Below, piece by piece: positions 14,288 to 33,589 of a stretch of 64,000 nt of DNA (the stretch's first letter is position 1; the number at the start of each line of letters is the position of its first letter). Made by a program: the position numbers and the translations under genes. The stretch lies in assembly GCA_028534125.1 (NCBI GenBank), contig CM052832.1, positions 13,828,001-13,892,000 on the forward strand. The letters are read 5' to 3'. The DNA comes from Lama glama. Lineage: Eukaryota. The notes beneath the pieces were generated by a model. It was not told the DNA's origin, did no database searches, and worked only from the letters and a program-made list of their open reading frames with translations.

Positions 14288-15263
14288 GTAAGGTTTTCAG
14301 TAAGGAGATGCTAAGGAAGACATTCATGTATATGCAGTTTTTCATTTGAATGTTTGATCTACCAGTGTAACCAGTTATAATGCTTTCTGCTTATCGTGTC
14401 ATTTTCTCTAAATATAGGAATTAGTATTTCCTTTTTGTTTGACTTAATTAAAGCTTAGTTTTATGTTAAATCTGTTTTTAACCCCTTTTCTCCTTAAAAA
14501 ATGATAGTGCATATTTACATTAGAAAATTTCAGAAATATATTAAGCAAAAAGAATATGAAAGCCATCTGTAACACTATCACACAGAAGTAACCAGTAAGA
14601 TTTGGTATGGTAGGCTTTTGAAAAACACCTTTTCATTACTTGAATTTTCTCAAAGTGATGATTGCTAAGACATACTGAACTGAAATTACAGATACTTAAA
14701 CTGTGTCATAAGTTTGCCTGGTATCTTCTGTTTCTTTATGAAACTTTCTAGGATTCTTGGGTAGGATAGTATAACAACGTATTTTAACTATGAAGGAGAA
14801 CCTGGTTCTTCTTCTTAGCAGGCAAAGATGGATGTTAAAATCCTTTGATTTCTGCCACTGTTGGCAGCGTTTTTAGACCTTTGTGGTTTTTGTTTTGTTG
14901 GGTTGTGTTTTAGAAAAGCAGTTCCTTTTTTTTTTCTTTTTTTAAAAGTTAAATAAATGGAATTCATTAATCTCCCTCCTAAAAAACATCCTGAAACTAC
15001 AACTATAAATTGATTTCTGTATCTAGATTAACCTGTTGGATTATTGAGGGGCAAAAATATTGTGATATATAACCTTATTTTTGTTTGGGGATGACTTACT
15101 GTTCTAAGTAAGTGTTAGGTTCTACAAAGCATCACTTGCTTCACTCTAAATCATTAATCTTATTCTCTTAAGATATTATTTTATAATATGAGCTCAATAG
15201 TACTGTGTTGCTGACTGAAATTTTTATTTTGTTGAATTGATTGTATTAGAAGAAACCATTTTT

Positions 15264-15763
15264 NNNNNNNNNNNNNNNNNNNNNNNNNNNNNNNNNNNNN
15301 NNNNNNNNNNNNNNNNNNNNNNNNNNNNNNNNNNNNNNNNNNNNNNNNNNNNNNNNNNNNNNNNNNNNNNNNNNNNNNNNNNNNNNNNNNNNNNNNNNNN
15401 NNNNNNNNNNNNNNNNNNNNNNNNNNNNNNNNNNNNNNNNNNNNNNNNNNNNNNNNNNNNNNNNNNNNNNNNNNNNNNNNNNNNNNNNNNNNNNNNNNNN
15501 NNNNNNNNNNNNNNNNNNNNNNNNNNNNNNNNNNNNNNNNNNNNNNNNNNNNNNNNNNNNNNNNNNNNNNNNNNNNNNNNNNNNNNNNNNNNNNNNNNNN
15601 NNNNNNNNNNNNNNNNNNNNNNNNNNNNNNNNNNNNNNNNNNNNNNNNNNNNNNNNNNNNNNNNNNNNNNNNNNNNNNNNNNNNNNNNNNNNNNNNNNNN
15701 NNNNNNNNNNNNNNNNNNNNNNNNNNNNNNNNNNNNNNNNNNNNNNNNNNNNNNNNNNNNNNN
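15264..15763. other. Assembly gap (exactly 500 N)
   Basis: Run of N; the round length suggests a placeholder. Confidence 0.99.
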
Positions 15764-16444
15764 AGTAAATTTTATCAAAAACTTATTTTCAGTTTTACTA
15801 TAAATTAGGAGATGTCAGTGTAGTAGAAGGAGCTTAAACTCAGAGTTAGAAAACATGAGTTTTAGGACCAGCTCTATCCCAATATATCCTTCAACTCATC
15901 ATTTTATTTCTTCTGAGCCTTAAACTTTTCATTTGTTAAGTGGGGATATTAGACCAGGAGAGCTCCCAAGGAAGTACTTTTCAAAGTGCCAGACTGTGAC
16001 AGGATAAGGAGCTTATGCCCAAAAGTAAATCAGTGTACTTCCTTCACTGAGAAAGTTTTTCTATGAAAAACCTTCACCAAAAGTTCAGTTTGGGCTGAAT
16101 AAACAGTGTGGTTAGTGCTGTAGTTGACTTGCATCCTGCTAAAGCTCCTTAATTCCTCCTGGCCTCGTAACGCACAGTTAGTTAATTTGGGAGTCACTTT
16201 GAGCAGCAAAATGATGGAATTAGAACAGTAGTCTTTGTTGATTGTATTTTATTTTGTGAACTGCTTATATTAAGTTCTTTGCGTATTTGAGCTATTAAGT
16301 GTTTTTATGTTTTTCTCATAGATTTGTATTAGCTCTTTCTTGGAGTATTCCTTTGTTATATTTGCTGCAGGTGTCCCCTCCCCCACCATCTGGTTTATTT
16401 CTATGCTTTCTCTTTTGCTAAATACTTTCTCATCCCTATTACAG

Positions 16445-16532
16445 GTTCGCAATTCAGATCCTAATGATCCAAATAGAGAAATGGTTGTTCAACTACTAGA
16501 TGACTTTAAAATATCAGGAGTTAATGGAACAC
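16445..16532 (+). CDS. SRPK1: SRPK1 exon 6 (88 nt), VRNSDPNDPNREMVVQLLDDFKISGVNGT
   Basis: Kinase N-lobe sequence; acceptor tattacag|GTT, donor AC|gtatcctttt. Confidence 0.96.
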
Positions 16533-21118
<4,586 letters not shown>

Positions 21119-21996
21119 TGATTTTTAAAGTTATACTCCATTTATAGATATTATAAAATATTGGCTATACTCCCAGTATTGTGCAATGTATCCTCATAGC
21201 TTATTTATTTTATACATAATAGTTTGTATGTGATGATTTCTTTTAGATTCTTAAAGTGTCAGGGGTTTCCTATTTCAAATAGAATTTTTGTTTTTAAAAC
21301 TAGGATTTTTTAATTGCTGAAATTGTTCATTCAGCCCATAGGGTCTATTGTATGTATTCTGTTTTTAAATGTTTTAACATAACCATTTTTTCCCCAGGTT
21401 CATCTTCTGTTAATAATTATTAACTGGGAAGCTATTTGTAGTGCCTGATTTTGGAAATTTAGAGCCCTTATCCAGAAGTTTTGGTTGCAGAGACTGATTA
21501 TAAATTAATAGAGAACTGCTTTGTCAAATTATTACCATCTCTTTATATAGTATTATTATTCATTGGCATTTTCTCATATTCTAAATAGGAGAAAATAGTA
21601 GTACTTCACAGGGCAAATAATTTGTTTAGGTAGTATGTTTTGTTGGACAGAGCTCTAAACTGGGAAGCAAGAGACTTCAGTTCTTCATCAACAAGGAAAT
21701 TTGAATTAAAAGATATCTAAATCTCTTTGATCATCTACATTTCAACAGTTAAAGGACATATTGACTCTTTATTCACGGTCTCTATAATTAGTTAAAGAAT
21801 ATTTCCAAATAAAATTAGCTTTGTAAAACTTGGAAGAATTTTTTATTATAAATAAACTCTTAGTTTTGTTCATAGTTTATAATTAATCTTTCCGGGAAAG
21901 TTTCTTGTGCTTTGAAAGGAAAAAGGAAAAAAGCTTCTCTGTAGAAAATAACCATATTGTTTTTATATTTTTATTTTTTTAAATGTTGTATTGTGA

Positions 21997-22377
<381 letters not shown>

Positions 22378-22822
22378 TAAGGAAATAGTCCTAGCTTTCA
22401 AAAGACTTTTTATTCTCAGTATTGTTCCCATAGGGGAAGAAGACTGTGTCTTTTAAGTAAACATATGTTATATATTATAAAAGCTGATTCGTGTTGTTGT
22501 TAAAATGTGTTCTCTTGTGATTTGATTGTCATATTCGATGTGTATACCTCTTAGCATGATAGTACACATTCACATATGTGGATCAGTGATCCTTGTGCAG
22601 TATCAAGATAACATTGCTGATTAAGAGCTTGGATTTAATCACTGGAGTGGACATATCCTTGCTTCATTGGCTGAGTGACCTTGGGCAAGTGACTTGAGTT
22701 CATCATTTGGATTCAGTTTCATGTTAAAGCAGTTAGTAGCGTGCCACACATTGTTATGTGCTAAATAAATGGTGGCTGCTGTGATTATGATGATTTTTTT
22801 TTCCATTTGTGGCACAGATTTT

Positions 22823-23028
22823 TTTTAAGTATTTTTAAAAATTGAAGTATAGTTGATTTACAGTGTTGTATTAGTTTCTAGTGTACAGCACCGTGATCTA
22901 GTTATGTATGTGTGTGTGTGTGTAGTATATATGTTCTTCACTTTATGTTATTACAAGTTATTGACTATAGTTCCCTGTGCTATGTAGTAGTACCTTGTTG
23001 TTTATACATTCTGTATATAGTAGTTTGG
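22823..23028 (-). mobile_element. Short L1 3' end insertion
   Basis: 15-bp TSD TGTGGCACAGATTTT at 22808-22822 and 23029-23043. Confidence 0.8.
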
Positions 23029-23787
23029 TGTGGCACAGATTTTAATTTTGGTAATTTAATTATATTTCTCTTGATTCTCAAGTTTAAATATCAATTATCT
23101 GTAGATTTTTTTTAAAAAGGAAGACTGAAGAAAGGGGAAAAGGAAAGTTGTTCAATGGGCACAAGAGTTTCATTTTTGCAAAATGAAAAAGTTCTAGAAA
23201 TGTTATACAACTATGTGAAATTAACACTACTGAACTGTACGCTTAAGAATGATTAAGATGGAAATTTTGTATTATGAGGATTTTTTTAAAAGGAAAACTG
23301 AAGATTCTACCTCCTACCTAAGCTAACCTAACATCCATAACATGGTACATAATAAATTGCTGTAGCTCTTGATACCACTCTTCTTTTAAAACTGACAAGT
23401 GTCAAGAAGAATTAGTCCTAGGTGGGAATGAGGGGGTTGTTGCCTGTCATTGTCTACTTTAAACAGTACATGGAGATGAGATTTTAGCAGCATTAATAGT
23501 GGAAATCAGAAACGGGGGCTTGGCTCTTTGCATATGGATGCTTTCTGGGGAAGAATTTATTTAAACTTACATTAAGTTTGTCAGCTTTTGTATGCACTGT
23601 TTGTTCTTTCTTTAAAAAGAAAAATAATGTTGCCTCTATCAAAATTGCTTTGAAACAGTAGTTTTCTCTACAGTATAAACTGTACAAGAGAGGCTTTTTG
23701 TTCTGGTAGAGTGTCTTTTATGAGTCTTAGTTTATATTGCCTGCTGAATGCCAAGATTCTTACTTTTCTTTTCTTTTTCCTTTTCAG

Positions 23788-23813
23788 TCAGTACTGCACC
23801 CCAGCCTAAACCA
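23788..23813 (+). CDS. SRPK1: SRPK1 exon 9 (26-nt small exon), VSTAPQPKP
   Basis: Long pyrimidine tract then cag|TC; donor CCA|gtaagt; phases join exon 8 (phase 1) to exon 10 (phase 0). Confidence 0.93.
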
Positions 23814-24205
23814 GTAAGTATAAGGTGTTTCTGTATTTAATTTTGATCCTTGGGCAATAAACAGGGGTTCTTCTGTTATGGATCACAGTTTGTAGTGTTT
23901 AGAAACCAAAGGAAAAATATACCTGTGCTTCTATAATTTCTCCAGTGAATCTCATGCATCTTCAGCAAGTTTGTACCGGTGAGGCTTCTGTAAATTTGAG
24001 TGTGTCTGAAAGTAGACCAGCCCCACAGACTGCTCAGAGGACCAAGAATTGTTGTTAATTTTGTTTTTTATTTGGTTTCATAAGAGTATCCACATTTTTA
24101 AAGTTAATGAAAAACATTAAATGCTGTTTTAGGGAAAGAGTGGAATAAGGAAGTAATTAAAATTAACAGTTATCTCCAACTGGGGGTAATGGATTAGCCA
24201 CCTGA

Positions 24206-24490
<285 letters not shown>

Positions 24491-24831
24491 TAACATTAAT
24501 TTATCATTGTTATATAACGTAGTGGTTTCATGCATACAACACATCTATTGTCCTTATACAATAAGAATTCAGAACTTGTCATAAATGATAGGTAGGTAAT
24601 ATTCAAATGTAATTTCTCACTTTTCTCAGGAAATGCAACATAGACTTCATTTAGCAATTGGGTAAAGATAAGAAGATCTTTGTCCTTCCATAAATAGGTT
24701 TTAGATGTTCAGTCATGTTTTATGTCACCCTTTATAAGTTCTACAGAATGTTTTAACCTTGAGGAGAAATTTTTTTGTTCTTTCACGCATACACATACAT
24801 ATACATCCTTTTTGTCTTGTTTGTTCCCTAG

Positions 24832-25251
24832 AAGAATCAAGTACCATTCACCAGGATCAAACACTTACGGAACGTGGTATAGAGGGTGGTGCAGCAGAAA
24901 TTAATTGCAATGGAGTAATTGAAATCGTTAATTATACTGAGAACAGTAATAAAGAAACATTGAGGCTTAAAGAGGATCTACATAATGCTAATGACTGTGA
25001 TGTCCAAAATTTGAAGCAGGAACCTAGTTTCCTAAATTCCCAAAATGGAGACAGCAGCACATCTCAAGAAACAGACTCTTGTACACCTGTAACTTCTGAG
25101 GTGTCAGATACTGTGATGTGCCAGTCTTCATCAAATGTAGAGCAGTCATTTAATGAGCAGGACATCAGCCAACTTCAAGAAAGTATTCGGGCAGATATGC
25201 CCTGTGAAGACGAGCAAGAGCAAGAACATAATGGACCACTGGACAACAAAG
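24832..25251 (+). CDS. SRPK1: SRPK1 exon 11 (420 nt), acidic spacer insert domain
   Basis: Open frame within ORF 24759-25295; acceptor cctag|AA, donor AAG|gtaccc. Confidence 0.93.
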
Positions 25252-25319
25252 GTACCCATGCAGACGTACTTCCCCAGTACACCTTCCCTGCCTAAGATAT
25301 TCATGAATTTCTCATAAGT

Positions 25320-25675
25320 CAGACAGACAGACAAGTAATATATGTTATCACTTACATGTGAAACTTAAAAAGTTAAATGAAAAAATATAGCAAAACAGAA
25401 ACAGACTCACAGGTGTAGAGAACAGACAGGTGGCTACCAGTGGGGAGAGGGAGTCAGGGAACGGCAGGATGGGGGTAGGGGACTGAGAGGTACAAACTAC
25501 TATGTATAATAAAATGGATAGGCTACAGGGATGTACTGCACACCACAGGGAAATAAAGCCATTATTTTGTGGTGACTTCAAATGGAGTACAAGCTATAAA
25601 AATACTGAGTCCCTGTGTTGTACATCTGAAACTAGTATGTTGTAAATCAATTACACTTCAATTTTTTAAAAAAAT
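25320..25675 (+). mobile_element. L1 3' end insertion (sense)
   Basis: aaaacagaaacagactcacag...tgtaaatcaattacacttcaat followed by an A-rich tail. Confidence 0.75.
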
Positions 25676-26007
25676 CACCACATAGAAAAAAATTACATAT
25701 TCATAAATTTGTAGACTAAATTACCGTTGTTTTTATAAATACAGCTTTATAGCAGTTGTCCAAATTACTTCCAGTATGTAAATCTGTGGCTCATTTTAAA
25801 TTTTTTTGGTTATGTAGTGAGTGCACAGCATTTCACTTGTTGCTGTGAAAGCAGAGGTTTTAATTCTGGAAACTCAGTGTGTTGCTATACTCATTTTATC
25901 TTAGAAAATTTATTGTAGGTTGCCAATTGGGGGCCTCAGTGTATTACCTTGTAGAGTTTTATTAACCTTTGGGTATTTCTGTGTTTATTGAACAGTCTTA
26001 TTGATGA

Positions 26008-26130
<123 letters not shown>

Positions 26131-27009
26131 TAAACTTGTCTCAGTTCTGTGTTTTGAAGTAACTGGAAATGAATGAGAATTTGGGCTTTATTGTGCTAAA
26201 AGAAGAAAACATCTGCAGTTCTATATCCAGATTGCCAGTTAAAATTTTAGTGAATTTTTTTTTTTTTTTTTTACTTTTAGCCTTTTATTATGGAAAAGTT
26301 CAAATATTTACACAAGTAGAGAGAGTGGTATATGAAGCAGTCCCCCACCCTGCCCCACTCCAGGTACCTGTCACCCAGATTCAGTACTGTCAGCTCATGG
26401 CCAGTCTTTTTTATCTGTATCTTCATTGACTTTCATGCTCTCAGTGCCTACATTGATACTTTCCCTCTTGTTTTTAAAATTGTCATCTAACTTACTAATT
26501 GTAACCTTTTAATTCATTTAATATATTTTGGACACTTTTCTTTGTCAGCCAGTTTTGAACACTTTTCTTTGTCAACCCAAAATTCAAATTCAATTGGTTA
26601 TGTGGTATTCCCCAGTATACTGTAATCTTCACACATTTTTGACAGTTCTTTGTGATTAGCATCTTTGCTCATGAGGCTTTCTGTATTTGTTCTTAGTACA
26701 TGTCCTAGACATGAAATTGCTAAGTCAAAAGTTGGGTGCTTTGTTAAAGGGGATTTTTTTATTTATAGTATCATATTAATACTGTTGTTTACTTAGTTAA
26801 GAATGTTTTTGTGTTATTTTTAATGAACATCTTTTAAAAATTTACAATAGAATTATTTGCATGAAATGATACTGCTCAAAGAGCCATATGCTTTGTAAAC
26901 AGGGATGTTGGAGATTATTGAGGCAAAACCCACTTTAATAGGTCTTATGTTTATTTTTTGGTTTTTTTTTTGTTTTTGCATTTATATCAGTAAATATAGG
27001 TTTTGGGGT

Positions 27010-27555
27010 TTTTGTGTATTTTTGTTATTGAAGTATAATCCGTTTATAATGTGTCCATTTCTGGTGTATAACATACATGAACATACATATATTCATGTTC
27101 GTATTCTTTTTTAACCATAAGTTACTACAAAATATTGAATATAGTTCCCTGTGCTATACAGTATAAACTTGTTTATCTACTTTATATATATTAGTATCTG
27201 TAAATCTTGAACTCCCAATTTACCCCTTCCCACCCCTTTGCCCCGCTGGTAACGATAAGTTTGTTTTCTATGTCTGTGAATCTGTTTCTGTTTTGTAAAT
27301 TAGTTCATTTGTCTTTTTTTTTTTTTTTTGAGATTCCATATATAAGTGATACCATACGGTATTTTTCTTTCTGGCTTACTTCACTTAGAATGACAATCTC
27401 CAGGTCCATCCATGATGCTGCAAATGGCATTTTTATGGCTGAGTAGTATTCCATTGTATAAATACACCACAACTTCTTTATCCAGTCATCTGTCGGTGGA
27501 CATTTAGGTTGTTTCCATGTCTTGGCTGTTGTAAATAGTGCTGCTGTGAACATTC
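27010..27555 (-). mobile_element. 5'-truncated L1 (ORF2 C-terminus plus 3' UTR)
   Basis: ORF 27305-27553 MFTAALFTTAKTWKQPKCP..DDWIKKLWCIYTMEYYSAIK; close relative of 2171-2724. Confidence 0.9.
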
Positions 27556-27759
27556 TTGTGTTTATTTTTGTACTTCAGATTCCCTATTCCATATGACATC
27601 CTATATATTATGGTTCATAACTTAGAAGGATCTTGCTTTCAGTATTGATTCTAGAATACTTTGGTAACTTTTTAGGAAGAAAAATGAAGTCAGAGCTTAG
27701 CACTGAATGATAGAAATGTGGAAAAGTTTTTCAGGTAATTAATTATTCCACCACACCAC

Positions 27760-28350
27760 GAGATGGTCCAGGCCACCACATGTTTTCACCTGGGTGACTA
27801 CAGTAACTTCCTTACTTTCTCTCTTCTGTTGCCTTGCCCCTTGCAGACTGTCCTCAACCCATCAAGCCAACAGCGTGATCCTTTAAAATGCAAGTTAAGT
27901 GAGACATTCTCAAAACCTCAGAATGAATGCCGAAGTCCTTACCATGGCCCACACACCACCAAGCAAAAAACACTATTTCTTCCGCCTGGAATTCTCTTAC
28001 TGAGATAGTGTATACAACTCACTCCTTCATTTTCTTCACGTTACCATTCAGACATCACTTTACCAGGGAGATCTTCCCCTGAACACCTAACTTAATTAGC
28101 AAACCGCCACTCTCCAAACCCATGTACCTTGATTATATTCATTCATATATTTTCTCTCTCTTCTTCTCCCCCCTCAATTTTTTTTTCCACAGCACTTAAC
28201 CCAATTCGATACTGTATATTTTTTGCTTAATATCCCTCTCCCTGAAATGTATGTCCCATCATAGCAGAGATTTTTTTCATTCACTGCTTTATCTGTGGTA
28301 CGTAGAACAATTCCTAGTACATAGGAGATGCTTATTAAATATTTATGTAA
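27760..28350. mobile_element. L2 3' fragment
   Basis: Ends in the L2-like agaacaattcctagtacataggagatgcttattaaatattt. Confidence 0.6.
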
Positions 28351-31300
28351 ATAAATTATGGAGAAAATTATTGACTCTAATATCACATGATATAAACTTC
28401 AGATGCTTTTCAGTTTTCTGCCCATACCATGTTTCAAGCTCATTTGCCTCTGGAATACCTTCCATCATACCTTCCTTAAGCATCGGGCATACTCCACTTT
28501 ATACGGGTAGTCTTTCCTGTCATTTTTACTGCAACAGAATTAATCTCTCTCGCCTTTAACTATTACATGTGTGTCTTTTTTTCTTTTTCTAATGTATCTC
28601 TATGATAAATGACTTCACATTTTTGTCATCCATTTTACTCATTCAACAAACATTGGCACATGTTCTGACCTGGGCACTAGAACACAGTGGTGAACTAGGT
28701 ATGGGCGCCTTGTCCTGCTGGATCCTGGTCAAGTTTCACATCTTGTGGGTCTCTTCACAGCAGCATCTGGTATTCAGTAATGGAATGTCACATGATCTTC
28801 AAAGAGCTGAATATTTAAAAATACTACACTTTTGCTCATCACTTACTCACGTGCATGTATAGTTTGGAGACAGTTACATAGATTTTAATTCAGAAATCTA
28901 TCCCCTTTGCCAGTTTTTCACTACTCACATAATGGTATTTACCTTCATATCATTATCAAGTAACCTAACTGGATTGCCCCCAATTCTGTTTTTCAACTTT
29001 AGGTATTATTTCTTCCTCCTAAAAAGTAGGATTTATCCCCTTCTTGTCAATTTGATAGGATTTTTGGCTAAGTAATCACTCCACCTTTACATAATTAGGG
29101 CTCTGATACTGTCCTCAGCTGAACCGAGCATATGTTCTGCTACGATTCCTTTTTCCTTTCTGCCTAGCACCGTGTTCCACTTACTTAGTCATCTTTGTAG
29201 TACTTGGAACTTGCTCAGCCCCACTCTTGTACCCAGTGCTGTAGGTACACACACTTCAGTAAACACAGACACCTTGGGTGTTCATTCCTTTAGCTTTTCT
29301 TCCTGAAGATCTCTGTCCTGGAACCTGTAGTCTTCTCATCTGTGTTCATCTGTTGAGTTCCTCTGTAGACCTGCTGCATCACTGCCGTTTGAGATTTCCT
29401 TTCCTCATCATCCTAGAGATTATTGTTTACTCTCTCTTTATATCCCATTTTCTGTCTCTCTGATCTTCTTTCTTAGCTTCCTCAGAAATGGTGTGTGCAA
29501 TTGGGGCAGAGGGAGATTCTTGCATGTCTAATAATGTCTTTATTGTTCTTTCACACTCAGTGGACTGCGTGTAGAATTCTAGGTTGAAAATCATTTTCCT
29601 TCAGTGTGTTTGTCGTTACTCCATCATCTTCCAGTTTCCCATTTTGTTGTTGCTAAAAGGCCAAAGTCATTCTGACTCTTGGATCTTTGTGTGAATCTGT
29701 TTCCCCTATGGAAGTCTATGGGATCATCATTTCACAGCCATATGCCTCACTAGATCTGTTTTCACCCATCAGCTAAAGACGCAGTGAATACTTCCAGTAT
29801 TGAAACTCTGGTTCTTTCCTGTTGATGCAATCTTGATTTTTCTTGTTTCTTTAATTCTCTTCTTCTTGATCTCTGTTCTCCAGCTCTAAAATCTCATTAT
29901 TCAAATGTTAGCCCTCCTATGCAGGTCCTCTTACTTTTTTTTACCTTTGTCTCCTATTTTCTACATTTTATTTTTGCTTTATTTTCTGGGAGATCTGTCA
30001 GCTTGTTCTTTTAAACTTTATTTTTTCTTACTTCTCTTATTGTATTCTCACTTTCCAAGAGTTCTTTAGTTCCCTGATAAGCTCTCAGAGGATATATTTT
30101 TTTCATTTTTGACATTTCCTTCTTATATGGTTTCTCTTGCCTTCTTTGTTAGGATCACTAAACAAAAGACTCTGTGACCATATGAATGGGTTACCAGAAA
30201 GCTGTTTGGAAATTCTGTGCCTGGGTGGGTCTTGCTGACTGTTACTCACTATAGAATGATCTGTCTGAGCTGTTTCATTTCATCCTGAGATGTCAGAATC
30301 TTTGGGTCTTTCCTCTTGGATTGGTCATATTTCCCATAGAAGTCTTCGTCACATCTCATACCCAGGGAATAAATGCTTGGTTGCTAGTGTTCTGGGGTCT
30401 GAGTTAAGCAAGAAAACTGGGGGGTTCAACATATAATTACACATAGTCACTTAATTTCCCTCTTTTCAAAGTAGTTTTCTCCTCTCATCGGTGGGAATCA
30501 CATCCTCCAGAGACTCTGTTTTACCCACTCCGGAGAAAACCTCCCATTGTCTTGTTAGGCCAGAGAAGGGCTATTAGACTGCATCATGTCCTGTATTCTG
30601 GAGCTCTGTTTCTTTAAAAAATATTTAAAGCAGTATTCTTTTGTTGAACCCCACCCTCCCTGCTTCCAGAGATACCTGACACCACCAGATCCTGAGCCTT
30701 GGGAGGAGGAGGACTGTGGTGTACATCACGCTACTTACCAGCTTTCACCAGTGGCTTATTCAGCTGTCTTGGATCCGTTAAGATACTTACCAGTGATCTC
30801 TGCTTTCCAGCTTCTAAATTTTATTGCTCTGACTTCTTTGTCATTCTTTGTCTTTGTCAGTTTATGCTTTAAAAATTAGCACTGGATCCTCTGCTGAAGT
30901 GGAGTTTCAGGAGTTAGTGGATGTGTATATATCCAATCTACCTTTTGCTGATTCTTGATCTCATTTATCATTTACAGCATCTTTGTAAGGCAGTAGTGAG
31001 GCACAATGAGTAAAGACAACTCCCTCGAATAGCATGTCCATTTTTCTAAATGTATCACCTGCAGTACATTTCCACTTCAAACTTGGTATCTGAATCCATT
31101 GTTTTCCTTTAAAACCACCTCCCTCTCTACATCTCTCCATCCCTGTTTTTGTTGACAGCCTCTACCACAAAGTTCTTTTGACTCTTCCTACTGTCTCCCA
31201 CTTCTAGCCATTAAGTTTTTAAATTGTGCTTATTGCTTCTTTGACTACCTTCGTTTTAACTCTTTCCTATTTCATAACCATTGTTCATATGTTCAATATG

Positions 31301-32667
31301 AAGCCTAAATCTGGCCACCAACCAGAAGAAGATGGCTGGAATGGTTATCTCATTGTCCTATCAGTCTTCTTACAGCACACTCTCCTCTTCACTTTTACCT
31401 GCCAGATAAAATCTGAACTCTTCAACCTAGCAATTACCTGTGTTTGGCTCTAGCAGATGCCTTTCTGTACCTTATTTGTGATGTGTTTTTGCTCTTTTGG
31501 GGTCAGACTTAGTCCAGTACACTTCAGACCTCTGGTCAATGCTGGTTGTCTACGTGAAGCTTTCTCTACCTAATTTCCCCTGTTCACAAATGCTGTTCCT
31601 TGTTTTTGAATTTTAATAGGGTTAGAAAATCATGCTTCATATTTGTACATGTTTTAATATTATCTGAATTTTGTTTCTTATGTATGATTCATTTGAAGCT
31701 TCTTTTTTCTGTATTATTTTTTATTATGGAAAATTTCAAACCTATACAAAAGTAGAACAGAATGAACTCCCATGCCATTATACTAATGTTACCCAATATT
31801 ATCAACTCATTGCCTGTGTATTTTCACCTATATCCCCACTCCGTTATCACTGCGCATTATTTTGAAGTATATTTTTAGGTAACCATGACGCCATTGCTAC
31901 AACTAAAAAAGTTGGCAATTCACTAATATCAAATATTTAGTCAGTTTTGCCAGTTCTCTCATAAACATTCTTCTCATTTTGTTTGTTTGAAACAAGATCC
32001 AAATAAAATCCATGAATGCAAAACTGGGTACTATGTCCACTGTGTCTCTTAATGTAGAGATTTTTGTTGCTTTTATGTAGAGATTTTTCCACCATACAGT
32101 TTATGTGTTAAAAAAACTTCAGCTCTTTTGCTGATTGCATCCACATGGTGCTCAACATGATCTCTTGTTTCTCCAAGATTCATGTTTGATGTTCTTAGAG
32201 GGGTGAGGGAAGCAGAGAATAAGGGCAAGAAATCTTTATAGGTGGTGTTTGTAAGGTTCTTAAAAAAACATGAAGCCTACATCTTTTATTTGCTCATAAT
32301 GGACACACAGCAAGGAAAAGTTTGAATGGGACCTAAATTGATGTCATTTATTTGTTGAAATACAAGTTACTAATTTTAGAAAAACAGACAACTTAATGTT
32401 GTTTGGGGTAATCATTTTCAATTTCTTAAAAAGTTGTTATTCCCTAATGTGTTTATCTATATTAAGTTTAGACTCATATGTTTGCAGAAATAATATGGAG
32501 TAGACAGTGTGTTAAGAAAAATGCTATTTGGCACTAATAGCATCAGAATGATACTTAAGAAATTGGCTGAATGAAAACTTTGGAGAAAACTTCCACAAAT
32601 TCATTTTAATCTCCATTATTAAGCAATAATAATTATTGCTTTTTAGAATAAATGAATTTTAAAATAA

Positions 32668-32865
<198 letters not shown>

Positions 32866-33493
32866 TAACAAACAGAAAAGGAATTTTTTTTTTGTAACTT
32901 ATCACTGGCCCTCTGAATCCTGTGTCTAGAGAGGTCTGAATGCAAAAACTCAGTTATAAACATCTAGGATTCATTTAGTTCCTGCCAAATTCCTGTTAGG
33001 TGAAGGAACCAAATGTTTCTTACTACAGATTTGGGGGGCAGGGGTGGGGAAATCGAAAAAGACTGCTCAAAGGTGGTGTTGCTTTTGATCAGGAGGTTAC
33101 AGGTACCCTTGCCCTTTTAGCTCTTATCTATTTTCAGATTAGGGGAACCCCTGGAAACTGCCTCATTTTGTACAGTTCAGCAGTTCCTCAGACATCTTTG
33201 TACCTCACAAGATGTGAAACTGAATCACCCTTGGGTTCATAAGCTGCTGTTTGTCTCTGGCAAGCAGCTGCTCAGTGGTCAGTTAGCTGATATTAAATGC
33301 TTCCCACAGATAGCCTCCTGTTGGAACTTAACTGTTTTCTGAAGTGGAGTGTATTCTTCAATTTGTAATTGTGTGTTTACTTTTTTCTCATCTATTGGTT
33401 ATAAGTGCCATACTGGCAGGAACCATGTTTATTATTTATAGTTAAGTGTCTGATTTAGGGCCTGCAACATTTTGAGTGGGTGCTTACCGTGCA

Positions 33494-33585
33494 TTTTTTT
33501 TTTCTTAACGGAGGTACTAGGAATTGAACTTAGGACCTCATGCATGCTGAGCCTGCACTATACCACTGAGCTATGCCCTTGCCCC
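33494..33585 (-). mobile_element. Short tRNA-derived SINE (camelid Vic-1-like)
   Basis: Minus strand GGGGCAAGGGCATAGCTCAGTGGTATAG...AGTTCAATTCCTAGTACCTCC plus an A tail; A and B boxes present. Confidence 0.8.
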
Positions 33586-33589
33586 TTAC

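Noticed and set aside
15224..15803. Long ORFs of 184 and 188 aa
   Set aside because: Artefacts of translating the N gap.
16371..16444. Upstream alternative acceptor for exon 6 (ctgcag at 16370)
   Set aside because: Adds 74 nt and shifts the frame; no other support.
26526..26579. 27-bp tandem duplication (similar short ones near 22332, 45899 and 58266)
   Set aside because: Two copies only; ordinary slippage events, not an array.
33494..33585. Possible tRNA gene
   Set aside because: Stems are degenerate, with an A-rich tail and a decayed flanking duplication, which fits a SINE.
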